Positions 1 to 7,623 of a DNA stretch of 64,000 nucleotides are shown piece by piece (within the stretch, counting starts at the first letter, position 1; each line of letters begins with the position of its first letter). A model generated the notes under the pieces. It saw only the letters and a program-made list of their open reading frames with translations, searched no databases and was not told the DNA's origin. The translations under genes were made by a program, and so were the position numbers. Origin of the DNA: Candidatus Microgenomates bacterium (GTDB lineage Bacteria; Patescibacteriota; Microgenomatia; UBA12405; UBA6130); the NCBI GenBank assembly GCA_015485895.1, contig WFSR01000012.1:3201-67200 (forward strand), in the 5' to 3' direction.

Positions 1-1
1 A

Positions 2-634
2 GAAGAAGCATGGCATGACTCATCTTGGCTGAAAATAAAATTTTTTTTGGATGACATTAATCAAGAGGAAAAAAGTAGAAAAAAAATTTCTATTTTAAGC
101 GATTTATCTTTAAGACTTGATCCAGAAAAAACAATGAGAAATTTATCAAAAAAATTTGGCTGGCTTCCATTCAACGACAGGTTAATAAAAAACTGGGAAA
201 AAGGAGTCGGAAAAAATCTTTATTCTCCACCATATAAAACCCAAGACTACAAAACTTACAGAAAAAGACTCTTTAAAAATATATGGATAAAAGAGGCTAT
301 TTGGAGCAACTCTTTTAAACCAATAAACCCAGAAAAGGATTCTCCGCGTGATTTAACTAAATTGCCAATAAATATCCGCGATTATTATGCATTAGAAATG
401 CTGCCCACTTACATCTATTTTATTTCTCGTAAAGAGAATGACTCTAAACTTGACTCTTTAGAGGAAATAAGACAAATGGCAAGAATCAATCCAATTGAAG
501 CCTATTTTAATCTCAGAAGAAGTTATCCCCAAGAAAAAAAGCTTCTAAATAAATTAGAAAAGCAAATTAAAAGACAGGCACCTTTCACTTTCTCAATAAT
601 TAAAGTTTATCTGAATAAACAATGGATCTGCTAG
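2..634 (+). CDS. Partial (5'-truncated) protein, C-terminal part resembling a sulfotransferase-like P-loop family
   Basis: Frame is open from position 2 (EEAWHDSSWLKIKFFL...), so the TTG at 47 is probably not the true start. 'LRLDPEKTMRNLSKKFGWLPFNDRLIKNWEKG...WIKEAIWSNSFKP...LPTY' resembles the DP-x-x-L...G-x-P-F...W-x-x-G...W...S-x-x-F pattern of bacterial sulfotransferase-like proteins. Confidence 0.45.
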   Translation, partial: EEAWHDSSWLKIKFFLDDINQEEKSRKKISILSDLSLRLDPEKTMRNLSKKFGWLPFNDRLIKNWEKGVGKNLYSPPYKTQDYKTYRKRLFKNIWIKEAIWSNSFKPINPEKDSPRDLTKLPINIRDYYALEMLPTYIYFISRKENDSKLDSLEEIRQMARINPIEAYFNLRRSYPQEKKLLNKLEKQIKRQAPFTFSIIKVYLNKQWIC

Positions 635-1320
635 AAATAGCTTTAAAAAGCAGAAGTTCCGATCGAATAATGACTGCAATTGAAGATAGTTTGCCAAGAG
701 ATTTTAAAGATCGAGCAGGATCAAACAGAGTGTCTATGGCCCAAGAGTTAGTTGAAAGAAAAATAGTCCCCATCGTCATCAAGCCAGAAGGTCTGCTAGC
801 AAATGGATTGGAAGTTGTAACAACCGGATTAAAAAAAAGAGGTGTAAAGATTATTTCAATAGAAATTATTGATCATCCTGATTTGAACACTTGGTTTATA
901 AGATACAGAAACGTAATTGAGCTATATTCTGAAGATTTCGAACCAATCCTCCCAGATCTTGCGAAACTAAATGGGGAAAATCCATGGGGAATAGTCACCA
1001 TAAAATGCGGTCCTGAATTAGATTTAACTAGACTAAAAAAGGAAATCATAGGAGGAAGCGGAGAAGAAGGAAAAAGCTCAATAAGGAGTAAACTTAAATC
1101 CCTGATCGCCAAGGCAGGCTTTTACAATGGAAACAATCCAGCCCTAAGAGAAACAGTCTTTCCAAAAAGAACACTACCCGAAAACCGGAGAACATTTAAT
1201 GGAGTTCATTGTCCTCGAACCACAGAAGAAGCCATAAGAGATTTAGCAATACATCTTGGCGAACCTGACTTAGACAAGTTACTAAATATAAGCACGAAGC
1301 TAACAAAATCTAGATATTAG
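622..1320 (+). CDS. Nucleoside-diphosphate-kinase-like protein (divergent)
   Basis: 'IVIKPEG' matches the NDK N-terminal IKPD motif. 'FNGVHCPRTTEEAIRDL' matches N-x-x-H-G-S-D-x-x-E-x-A-x-R-E with the catalytic His. Confidence 0.7.
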   Translation: MDLLEIALKSRSSDRIMTAIEDSLPRDFKDRAGSNRVSMAQELVERKIVPIVIKPEGLLANGLEVVTTGLKKRGVKIISIEIIDHPDLNTWFIRYRNVIELYSEDFEPILPDLAKLNGENPWGIVTIKCGPELDLTRLKKEIIGGSGEEGKSSIRSKLKSLIAKAGFYNGNNPALRETVFPKRTLPENRRTFNGVHCPRTTEEAIRDLAIHLGEPDLDKLLNISTKLTKSRY

Positions 1321-1347
1321 CCCAAATTCTTTTTATAATATTCAATC

Positions 1348-1914
1348 ATGAAAAAAATAATCTTTTGGACCAGCAACCCAAATAAATTAGAGGAGATAAG
1401 ACTTTTTCTAAAAGGAACTGACTACCAAGTAACTCAGCCAGAAAAAATAGAAGAAATAAGGGAAATTCAAGCTAATGACCCAATCGAAGTGTTTGAAGAT
1501 AAACTAACAAAGATAAGCAAGCTTGTTTCTGGACCAGTAATAGTGGACGATTTTTCTTTTTCAATTGAAAAACTTAATGGTTTTCCTAGCCCTTATGCTA
1601 AGTATGTGGTAAAAACAATCGGCATAGAAAATATATATAAATTGGCTAAGGGCGAAAAAGCAGTAATGAAGTCCTATATAGGATACTGCGACGAAAAAAA
1701 GCAATGCAGGATATTTGTAGGCAAGCTAGAAGGAAAAATTATCGACAACCCTAGAAAATTCAAGGAAATTAAAAAAAACACTCCTCTAAATAGCATTTTT
1801 ATCCCGAAGGGCGAAAAAGAAACCTTAGAAGAAATTTTTGCAAAAAATAAGAACTTTAAGAATCACCGAAAAATAGCTTTAGAAAAATTACTAAGTTATC
1901 TTTTAAATAATTAA
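1348..1914 (+). CDS. Ham1/ITPase-family non-canonical NTP pyrophosphatase (divergent)
   Basis: TSNPNKLEE, EIQA, VDD...LNGFPSPYAK and C-terminal NHRKIAL (SHR-type motif). Confidence 0.85.
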   Translation: MKKIIFWTSNPNKLEEIRLFLKGTDYQVTQPEKIEEIREIQANDPIEVFEDKLTKISKLVSGPVIVDDFSFSIEKLNGFPSPYAKYVVKTIGIENIYKLAKGEKAVMKSYIGYCDEKKQCRIFVGKLEGKIIDNPRKFKEIKKNTPLNSIFIPKGEKETLEEIFAKNKNFKNHRKIALEKLLSYLLNN

Positions 1915-1937
1915 TTGTTAAAATTAGTCTAAACAAA

Positions 1938-2564
1938 ATGATTACAATCAAAGCAAAAACTCCAGGTAAAGCATGGCTAAAAGCCTGCAAAACAGTTACG
2001 GAGAAAGGGAAACATATAAAGGATGACGATGTGTTGCTAAAAGAGGTTATTGATTTATTTTTAGAAATCGAGCAAGCCGCAGAAAAAGACTCAATCATAA
2101 AAAAACATGGTGACAAGAAAATAATTAAATGGATGATTGAAGAAAACTTTTACGGCTCTAAATCAGTATTAAATTGGGGTTACTGTTATGGTCTGAGATT
2201 AAGAAATTATCTTGGCATAAACCAAATTGATAAGGTTATAGAAAAACTTAATAAAAAGCCCGAGTCAAAATCAGCAACAATAGTAACAATGGACCCAAAG
2301 GTAGATTTTAGTGGCCATATGCCATGCATTGTCGCCTTAGACTTCAAAATCAGGGAAGGCAAACTTCTAGCTACCGCATTTTTTAGAAGCCAAGACGTCG
2401 GTAAAAAAATGTATGCGGATATTTTAGCCCTAGGAAAAATACAAAAGGAAGTTGCCGAAAAAACAAGAACTAAACCTGGAAAGCTTAAAATTTTCATTTC
2501 TTCAGCTTATATTTACGAAACAGAATTTAATAAAGTTAAAGAATTGCTGAAAAATGTTAACTAA
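1938..2564 (+). CDS. Thymidylate synthase / dCMP hydroxymethylase-family protein
   Basis: YGLRLR, NQIDKV, catalytic PC (HMPCI), RSQD motif and SAYIY. Asp occupies the position of E. coli ThyA Asn177. Confidence 0.85.
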   Translation: MITIKAKTPGKAWLKACKTVTEKGKHIKDDDVLLKEVIDLFLEIEQAAEKDSIIKKHGDKKIIKWMIEENFYGSKSVLNWGYCYGLRLRNYLGINQIDKVIEKLNKKPESKSATIVTMDPKVDFSGHMPCIVALDFKIREGKLLATAFFRSQDVGKKMYADILALGKIQKEVAEKTRTKPGKLKIFISSAYIYETEFNKVKELLKNVN

Positions 2565-3204
2565 AAACCAAAAAAAACAATTAGAAAGAATTCTCGAAAA
2601 GAGTTTTAAGGGGACTTTTGAGCTAGGCGGAGGAAAAGAGTATCGGTTCTTTCATGGAATTCAGGTAGCAAAATTTGCTCTAAAGATAGCAAAAAAAGAA
2701 AGTCTTGATCTGGATTTAGATGCTCTTTTCGTAGCCGCTCTTTTCCATGATGTTGGAAAAATCGAAGCAGTCAACGAAAAGGGAATGATTGATTATCAAT
2801 CACAAGCCAATAAAAACCATGTTGATATTGCTGCTCAGAAATTAGAATCAATAATAGGCAAAGCAATTAAAGATAAAGATCTAATCAGGAAAAGTAGTCA
2901 AATAATCTTAGAAAGCAAAGAGGAAAACCCAAAATTAATAGAGGCCAGAGTTTTAAAAGATGCTGATGAATTAGGTAATTTTGGCTACCTGCAAATCTGG
3001 CGAACCCTTACCTATGCTGCCTTAGCAAAACTAAACTTAGCAGAAGAAATAGAATATTGGAAAAAGGAAGGGGAGGGTAGTCGAAAAAAACTTTTAGAAA
3101 GGCTTCGATATTCAATCAGCAAAAAAGTTGCTAAAAAGAGATTCGAAAAAAGCAAAAAATTCTTTCAGGAACTAGAAAGAGAAGCTCGAGGAGATGATTT
3201 TTGA
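2554..3204 (+). CDS. HD-domain phosphohydrolase
   Basis: H...ALFHDVGK...H...DADEL metal-binding pattern. Confidence 0.85.
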   Translation: MLTKNQKKQLERILEKSFKGTFELGGGKEYRFFHGIQVAKFALKIAKKESLDLDLDALFVAALFHDVGKIEAVNEKGMIDYQSQANKNHVDIAAQKLESIIGKAIKDKDLIRKSSQIILESKEENPKLIEARVLKDADELGNFGYLQIWRTLTYAALAKLNLAEEIEYWKKEGEGSRKKLLERLRYSISKKVAKKRFEKSKKFFQELEREARGDDF

Positions 3205-3213
3205 ATTCGATAA

Positions 3214-4287
3214 ATGGACAAAAATTCTGGAAAGATATTGACTCCGCTAATTAATAAAGCCTTAAAACACAATCAGGAAAGGACATTTTTTTGGCCAAAT
3301 CAAAATCGTGAATGGTTAGATTTTGTTTTGAGTGTAGTAGAAAAAAGGAAAAATAAGCCAAAAAACATTAGAATATTAATAATTGGAGGTGTTTTTTATT
3401 CATGCTATATTGCCGCAAAGGGATACTACACTACTTCCGTAGAAAAAAATCCTCTTGCAAGTATTTCGCAACTATATACAGCTTGGTTAATAGCCAGCGG
3501 CTACAGCAAAAACCAAGCCATAGCTAGATCCTTTTTGCTTGATTTAGTAGGAGAAAGAACAAATCCTCATAAAAGGGAGAGAATAACTATTCCTGAAAAA
3601 AAATATCTCCGAGCTCTGAATAGGTTTAAAAAATTTCTATCCTTAAGGGACATAGAGACAGCTCAAGAAATTTTCAATAAAATGCTTGGAATTACAAAAA
3701 AGAAAGACTGTAAGTCCAAAATTTATTTAAATCTAATTAAAAAGGGTATTGGACTGTCAGGATTTAATAATGCCAGCTTTCGACTACCAAATAAAATCAT
3801 TACCAAAAACATCAAAACCTATTCAGAAAAAAAGCCAGAAAAATTTGATCTTATAATTAGTACTAATGTCATCGACTTTTTTCCTACAGTAGAAAACTTT
3901 CTCTTTACTATATTTCCTTTATTGGAAAAGAATGGTATTTTAGAAATAACAACTTACAACCAAGAATTGAGCAGGAAAATAAAAGACATTTTTCCCGAAT
4001 TGAAAATTAGCAAAAATAGAAAAAGAAGAATAGGAAAAGCGCGTTTATTAAAAAAAATCTCCGCCAATAACTACCTTGAAGTTGAAAAAGACCTTATTTT
4101 GGGAAGAAATGTCTTTCTTATCAGGAGAAAAGAAATTAAAGAGCAATTAATAGAAAAAATCCCCTATTGGGTCAGAGAGCTTTTATTAAAAAACCGCTTT
4201 CACTCAAGCTTTTCTTTATTTAGAGATCAATCTTGGTATTTCTCTATAGAAAACGGAAAATTGACTGAAGTTAAAAAGAAAAAATGA
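3214..4287 (+). CDS. Putative class I SAM-dependent transferase-like protein
   Basis: ILIIGG (motif I-like), SVEKNP (motif II-like), FDLIISTNVIDF and LLEKNGIL. Confidence 0.5.
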   Translation: MDKNSGKILTPLINKALKHNQERTFFWPNQNREWLDFVLSVVEKRKNKPKNIRILIIGGVFYSCYIAAKGYYTTSVEKNPLASISQLYTAWLIASGYSKNQAIARSFLLDLVGERTNPHKRERITIPEKKYLRALNRFKKFLSLRDIETAQEIFNKMLGITKKKDCKSKIYLNLIKKGIGLSGFNNASFRLPNKIITKNIKTYSEKKPEKFDLIISTNVIDFFPTVENFLFTIFPLLEKNGILEITTYNQELSRKIKDIFPELKISKNRKRRIGKARLLKKISANNYLEVEKDLILGRNVFLIRRKEIKEQLIEKIPYWVRELLLKNRFHSSFSLFRDQSWYFSIENGKLTEVKKKK

Positions 4288-4853
4288 TCATAGTTCTAGA
4301 GGGCCTTCCTGGAGCCGGAAAAACAACAATAGCCAAACTTCTAAAAAGAGAACATTCTTTCGGAATGGTTGAGCAGATTATAATTGATCCCAAATCACTG
4401 AGAAAAGAGGGGGGAAAATTCAAAAATCCATACTTTGTCAATGATGAAGAAAAATGTTTTCTAGCAAAAAAATTAGCTAACAACCACAAACACGTAGTCA
4501 TGGATCGGAATTATATCTCAACTTTAGCCTTCAATTACGCAGCCAAATTTGATCCAAAAAATAATAGCTCATTCTCTATAGCAAGAAAATGGTATTCCAA
4601 AAATTATAAAAAAACTATTTTCCCTCCAGACCTCTATATTTACCTCCGGACTCCAATTCAATTTTGCTTTAGCAGAAAAAAACGCCGCGAAAATCCTGAA
4701 AATCCCTGGACGGACCCTGATCATCTCAAAAAAATGAAATACTTCTATGAGAATATATTTCCTATAATGGAACCGCAGGTGCCAAAAATAACTATTTCCG
4801 GAAAATTACCAATTAAAAATATCATTAAAAAGATAATCAGATGCTTAGAATAG
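4284..4853 (+). CDS. Thymidylate-kinase-like (d)NMP kinase
   Basis: IVLEGLPGAGKTT P-loop, MDRNYIST and PDLYIYL. Confidence 0.85.
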   Translation: MIIVLEGLPGAGKTTIAKLLKREHSFGMVEQIIIDPKSLRKEGGKFKNPYFVNDEEKCFLAKKLANNHKHVVMDRNYISTLAFNYAAKFDPKNNSSFSIARKWYSKNYKKTIFPPDLYIYLRTPIQFCFSRKKRRENPENPWTDPDHLKKMKYFYENIFPIMEPQVPKITISGKLPIKNIIKKIIRCLE

Positions 4854-5962
4854 CCTACTTTCGAGACGGCCCCTTTTTGCCGCCACTAGAAGGCGGCTCA
4901 GAATCAATCCTAGGAATGATGAAAGGGATCGCTAAAAAAGCCGAAACCGAAGTATTTCTATTTCGCTGTTATCGAGGCTGGGATGATTATCGACTATATT
5001 TAAAGAAGCCTTTTAAAACAATTTTTATCAAGCCAAGCGATTTTTACACTAACTCAAGCCTCTATAAGCATCTAATCAAAAAATACAAAATAAATGTTTA
5101 CCACTTCGATAGCGCTGGGGCAATAAGCATTCAAGCTAATCTCGTCGGCAAAAATGTACTAAAAGTTTGGGAAGTACTCAATGTCAATCATACATTAATT
5201 AAGCGCACTGGAGGAAAAAGAAAAGAAATAAAAAAAGCTATTTTTTATGAATTAGAAGCCGCAAAAAAAGCTGGCTTAATCCTAGCTCGCTCGGAAAAGG
5301 ATAGAGATGATCTAATTAAAATAGGCATCGATAAGAGAAAGATTGCTCTATATCACGGATGCATTAGTCCCCAAAAATATGATTTTGTTCCTTTTAAAAA
5401 GAAAAAGGGGAATAGAATTTTGTTTCTAGGGAATATGTTTTATAAACCAAATGAAGAAGCTGTTAAAATTATTAGAAATAAAATTATTTCACCTGTTGTA
5501 GAAAAAAATCAAAAAGCAAAATTTATTTTTGTAGGCAACTACCCCAAAAACCTCTCTAAAGAGTTTAATAAATTTAAAAACGTTATTTTTACCGGCGGAA
5601 TAAAAGATATAAATTCAGAACTATCAAAAGCAAAAATTGCTCTTGCTCCTCTTAAATCCGGCTCAGGAACTAGGTTAAAAATTCTAACTTATTTAGCCGC
5701 AGGAATACCAACAATTGCTACTAATCTAGCCATAGAAGGTCTAAAAAGAGATATTAAAAAATTCCTAGTTATAGAAGATAATTTTCAAAAATATCCTCAG
5801 CTAATTACGAGGCTATTGAATTCTGGTTTTTCTGAAAAACTACTTCTCGAAGGAAGAAAGTGGGTTGAAAAGAATTATTCTTGGCAAAACGAGGCTCAAA
5901 AAATTCTAAACCACTATAAAAACTTCCTCTTGGGCCCAAATAGAGAATTAAAAATCGTATAG
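4841..5962 (+). CDS. GT4-family glycosyltransferase
   Basis: LFLGNMFYKPN and APLKSGSGTRLKILTYLAAGIPTIAT, a GT-B fold C-terminal signature. Confidence 0.85.
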   Translation: MLRIAYFRDGPFLPPLEGGSESILGMMKGIAKKAETEVFLFRCYRGWDDYRLYLKKPFKTIFIKPSDFYTNSSLYKHLIKKYKINVYHFDSAGAISIQANLVGKNVLKVWEVLNVNHTLIKRTGGKRKEIKKAIFYELEAAKKAGLILARSEKDRDDLIKIGIDKRKIALYHGCISPQKYDFVPFKKKKGNRILFLGNMFYKPNEEAVKIIRNKIISPVVEKNQKAKFIFVGNYPKNLSKEFNKFKNVIFTGGIKDINSELSKAKIALAPLKSGSGTRLKILTYLAAGIPTIATNLAIEGLKRDIKKFLVIEDNFQKYPQLITRLLNSGFSEKLLLEGRKWVEKNYSWQNEAQKILNHYKNFLLGPNRELKIV

Positions 5963-5971
5963 AATCAAAAT

Positions 5972-7096
5972 ATGCGGACGGGAGTAGCGGAATTTACCCT
6001 TGATTATGGCCGGTGCCCGCCGTGGCTTTTCCGGCGGATGGTGCGCTTGGGACGGGCGATTGGCATTGCTATTATCCGCGAATTTGGTCCGGAAGAATTT
6101 TTGCGCCGGCTGGCCGACCCGGTTTGGTTTCAGTCTTTAGGCTGTGTTTTGGCTTTCGATTGGAACGCTTCTGGGTTAACCACGACGACCTTAGGTGCTC
6201 TAAAAGTTGCTTTCCAAGGGCTAGAAAAGGATTTGGGGGTTTTCATTTGCGGTGGCAAAGGGAAAACTTCGCGGCGGACACCGGAAGAAATTAATAATTG
6301 GGGCTGGCAGTTGGGGTTAAATGAAAAGGTGGTCTGGCGCCTGGAATATTCTTCCCGGGCAGCGGCGAAAGTAGACAGCGCCTTAATTCAAGATGGCTTT
6401 CAAATTTACCACCATTCGTTTATTTTTACTAAAACTGGCCATTGGGCCGTGATTCAACAGGGGATGAATATCCAAAAAGGCCGGGCGCGCCGGTATCACT
6501 GGTGGGGCGATACCCAAAAGCAATTTATCGAAGAGCCGCATACCGGGATCAGTTCGCCGGTTGTTTTGTCAACGGTGCTTGATTTGACAGCAAAGAAAAG
6601 CCGCCAAAATCGGCAGGTAGGCCTTGAGGTGATTCAAAAGCCAAAAACTTTTCTCCGTGATTTAAAGGTGTTAACGGTAAAGTCGGGGGATTGGCAGTTT
6701 CGGGTTATGTCTCTGCCGGGGATCGAGTTTCATCATCATCCGGTAGAAAATGAATTCTTGTCGCCTCAATTGCGCCGGGCAGTAAATCAGGCTTTAATTC
6801 GCCAACCGACTACTTTTGAAAAGTTGTTGATGACCCCTGGGGTAGGGCCAAGAACGATTCGGGCTATTTCCCTGGTAGCCGAAATTATTTATGGGGCTAA
6901 ACCTTCTTACGAGGATCCGGCGCGCTATACTTTTGCTCATGGCGGCAAAGACGGGACGCCTTACTTTGTGGACCGCCAACAATATGATCGCACTTTAGCT
7001 ATTATTGAAAAAGCTTTACGCCAGAGCCACTGGCTACTTTTTCGGGAGCGCAGTCAGGCCTTACAACGCGCCACCCAAGTCTTTCATACTTCATGA
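5972..7096 (+). CDS. DUF763-domain protein
   Basis: PPWLFRRM, LADPVWFQSLGCVL, AKVDSALIQDGFQIYHH and FAHGGKDGTPY. Confidence 0.85.
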   Translation: MRTGVAEFTLDYGRCPPWLFRRMVRLGRAIGIAIIREFGPEEFLRRLADPVWFQSLGCVLAFDWNASGLTTTTLGALKVAFQGLEKDLGVFICGGKGKTSRRTPEEINNWGWQLGLNEKVVWRLEYSSRAAAKVDSALIQDGFQIYHHSFIFTKTGHWAVIQQGMNIQKGRARRYHWWGDTQKQFIEEPHTGISSPVVLSTVLDLTAKKSRQNRQVGLEVIQKPKTFLRDLKVLTVKSGDWQFRVMSLPGIEFHHHPVENEFLSPQLRRAVNQALIRQPTTFEKLLMTPGVGPRTIRAISLVAEIIYGAKPSYEDPARYTFAHGGKDGTPYFVDRQQYDRTLAIIEKALRQSHWLLFRERSQALQRATQVFHTS

Positions 7097-7173
7097 TAGT
7101 TTGTTGTGAATTGTGAATAGGTGAACCAGGAAGAGTGGAGTTTTTAATAAATGACGCGTTGCTGCTAGAGTCG

Positions 7174-7221
7174 CCAGCATCAGCTCCTCCGACATGGCGT
7201 CGGAGCGGGTCTGATGGCTGG
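7174..7221. repeat. Intergenic hairpin containing a ctccgac/gtcggag mini-palindrome
   Basis: ccagcatcag...ctccgac-atggc-gtcggag...ctgatggctgg inverted repeat. Confidence 0.6.
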
Positions 7222-7332
7222 TTCCTCCTTTCGGCATGAATTAAACATCTGCTCGGGAATACCAAGTGTAAATTTGGTATAGTGCCACCCAAGTCTTTAC
7301 CCGCCCGCGGTAATTGGCTATAATCAACCATA

Positions 7333-7623
7333 ATGAAAAAGGATGGCCTTGATATTAAATATCTAGCCCAATTGGCCCAAATTCATCTTAGTAGTCAAGA
7401 AGAGAAGCAATTGGATAAAGATTTGCAAAATATCCTTCATTTTATTGCCATTATCCGTCGGGTAAATACCAAAGAAGTGGAACCCACTTTCCAGGTTGCC
7501 AAAGACGTGCAGATGAGCCGCCCGGACCAAAAAGAAAAGTCGTTACCGCGGGAAGCAGCCTTGCAAAATGCTCCCCAGCAAAAGAATGGCTATTTTATCA
7601 GCAAACCTATTGGCTGGAAATGA
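7333..7623 (+). CDS. gatC: Asp/Glu-tRNA amidotransferase subunit C
   Basis: LAQLAQI...VEPT...RPD...ALQNAP...GYF pattern, directly upstream of gatA. Confidence 0.9.
   Translation: MKKDGLDIKYLAQLAQIHLSSQEEKQLDKDLQNILHFIAIIRRVNTKEVEPTFQVAKDVQMSRPDQKEKSLPREAALQNAPQQKNGYFISKPIGWK

Noticed and set aside
1938-2564. Annotating the TS-like gene as thyA
   Set aside because: Asp at the Asn177 position and the island context argue against a housekeeping thymidylate synthase.
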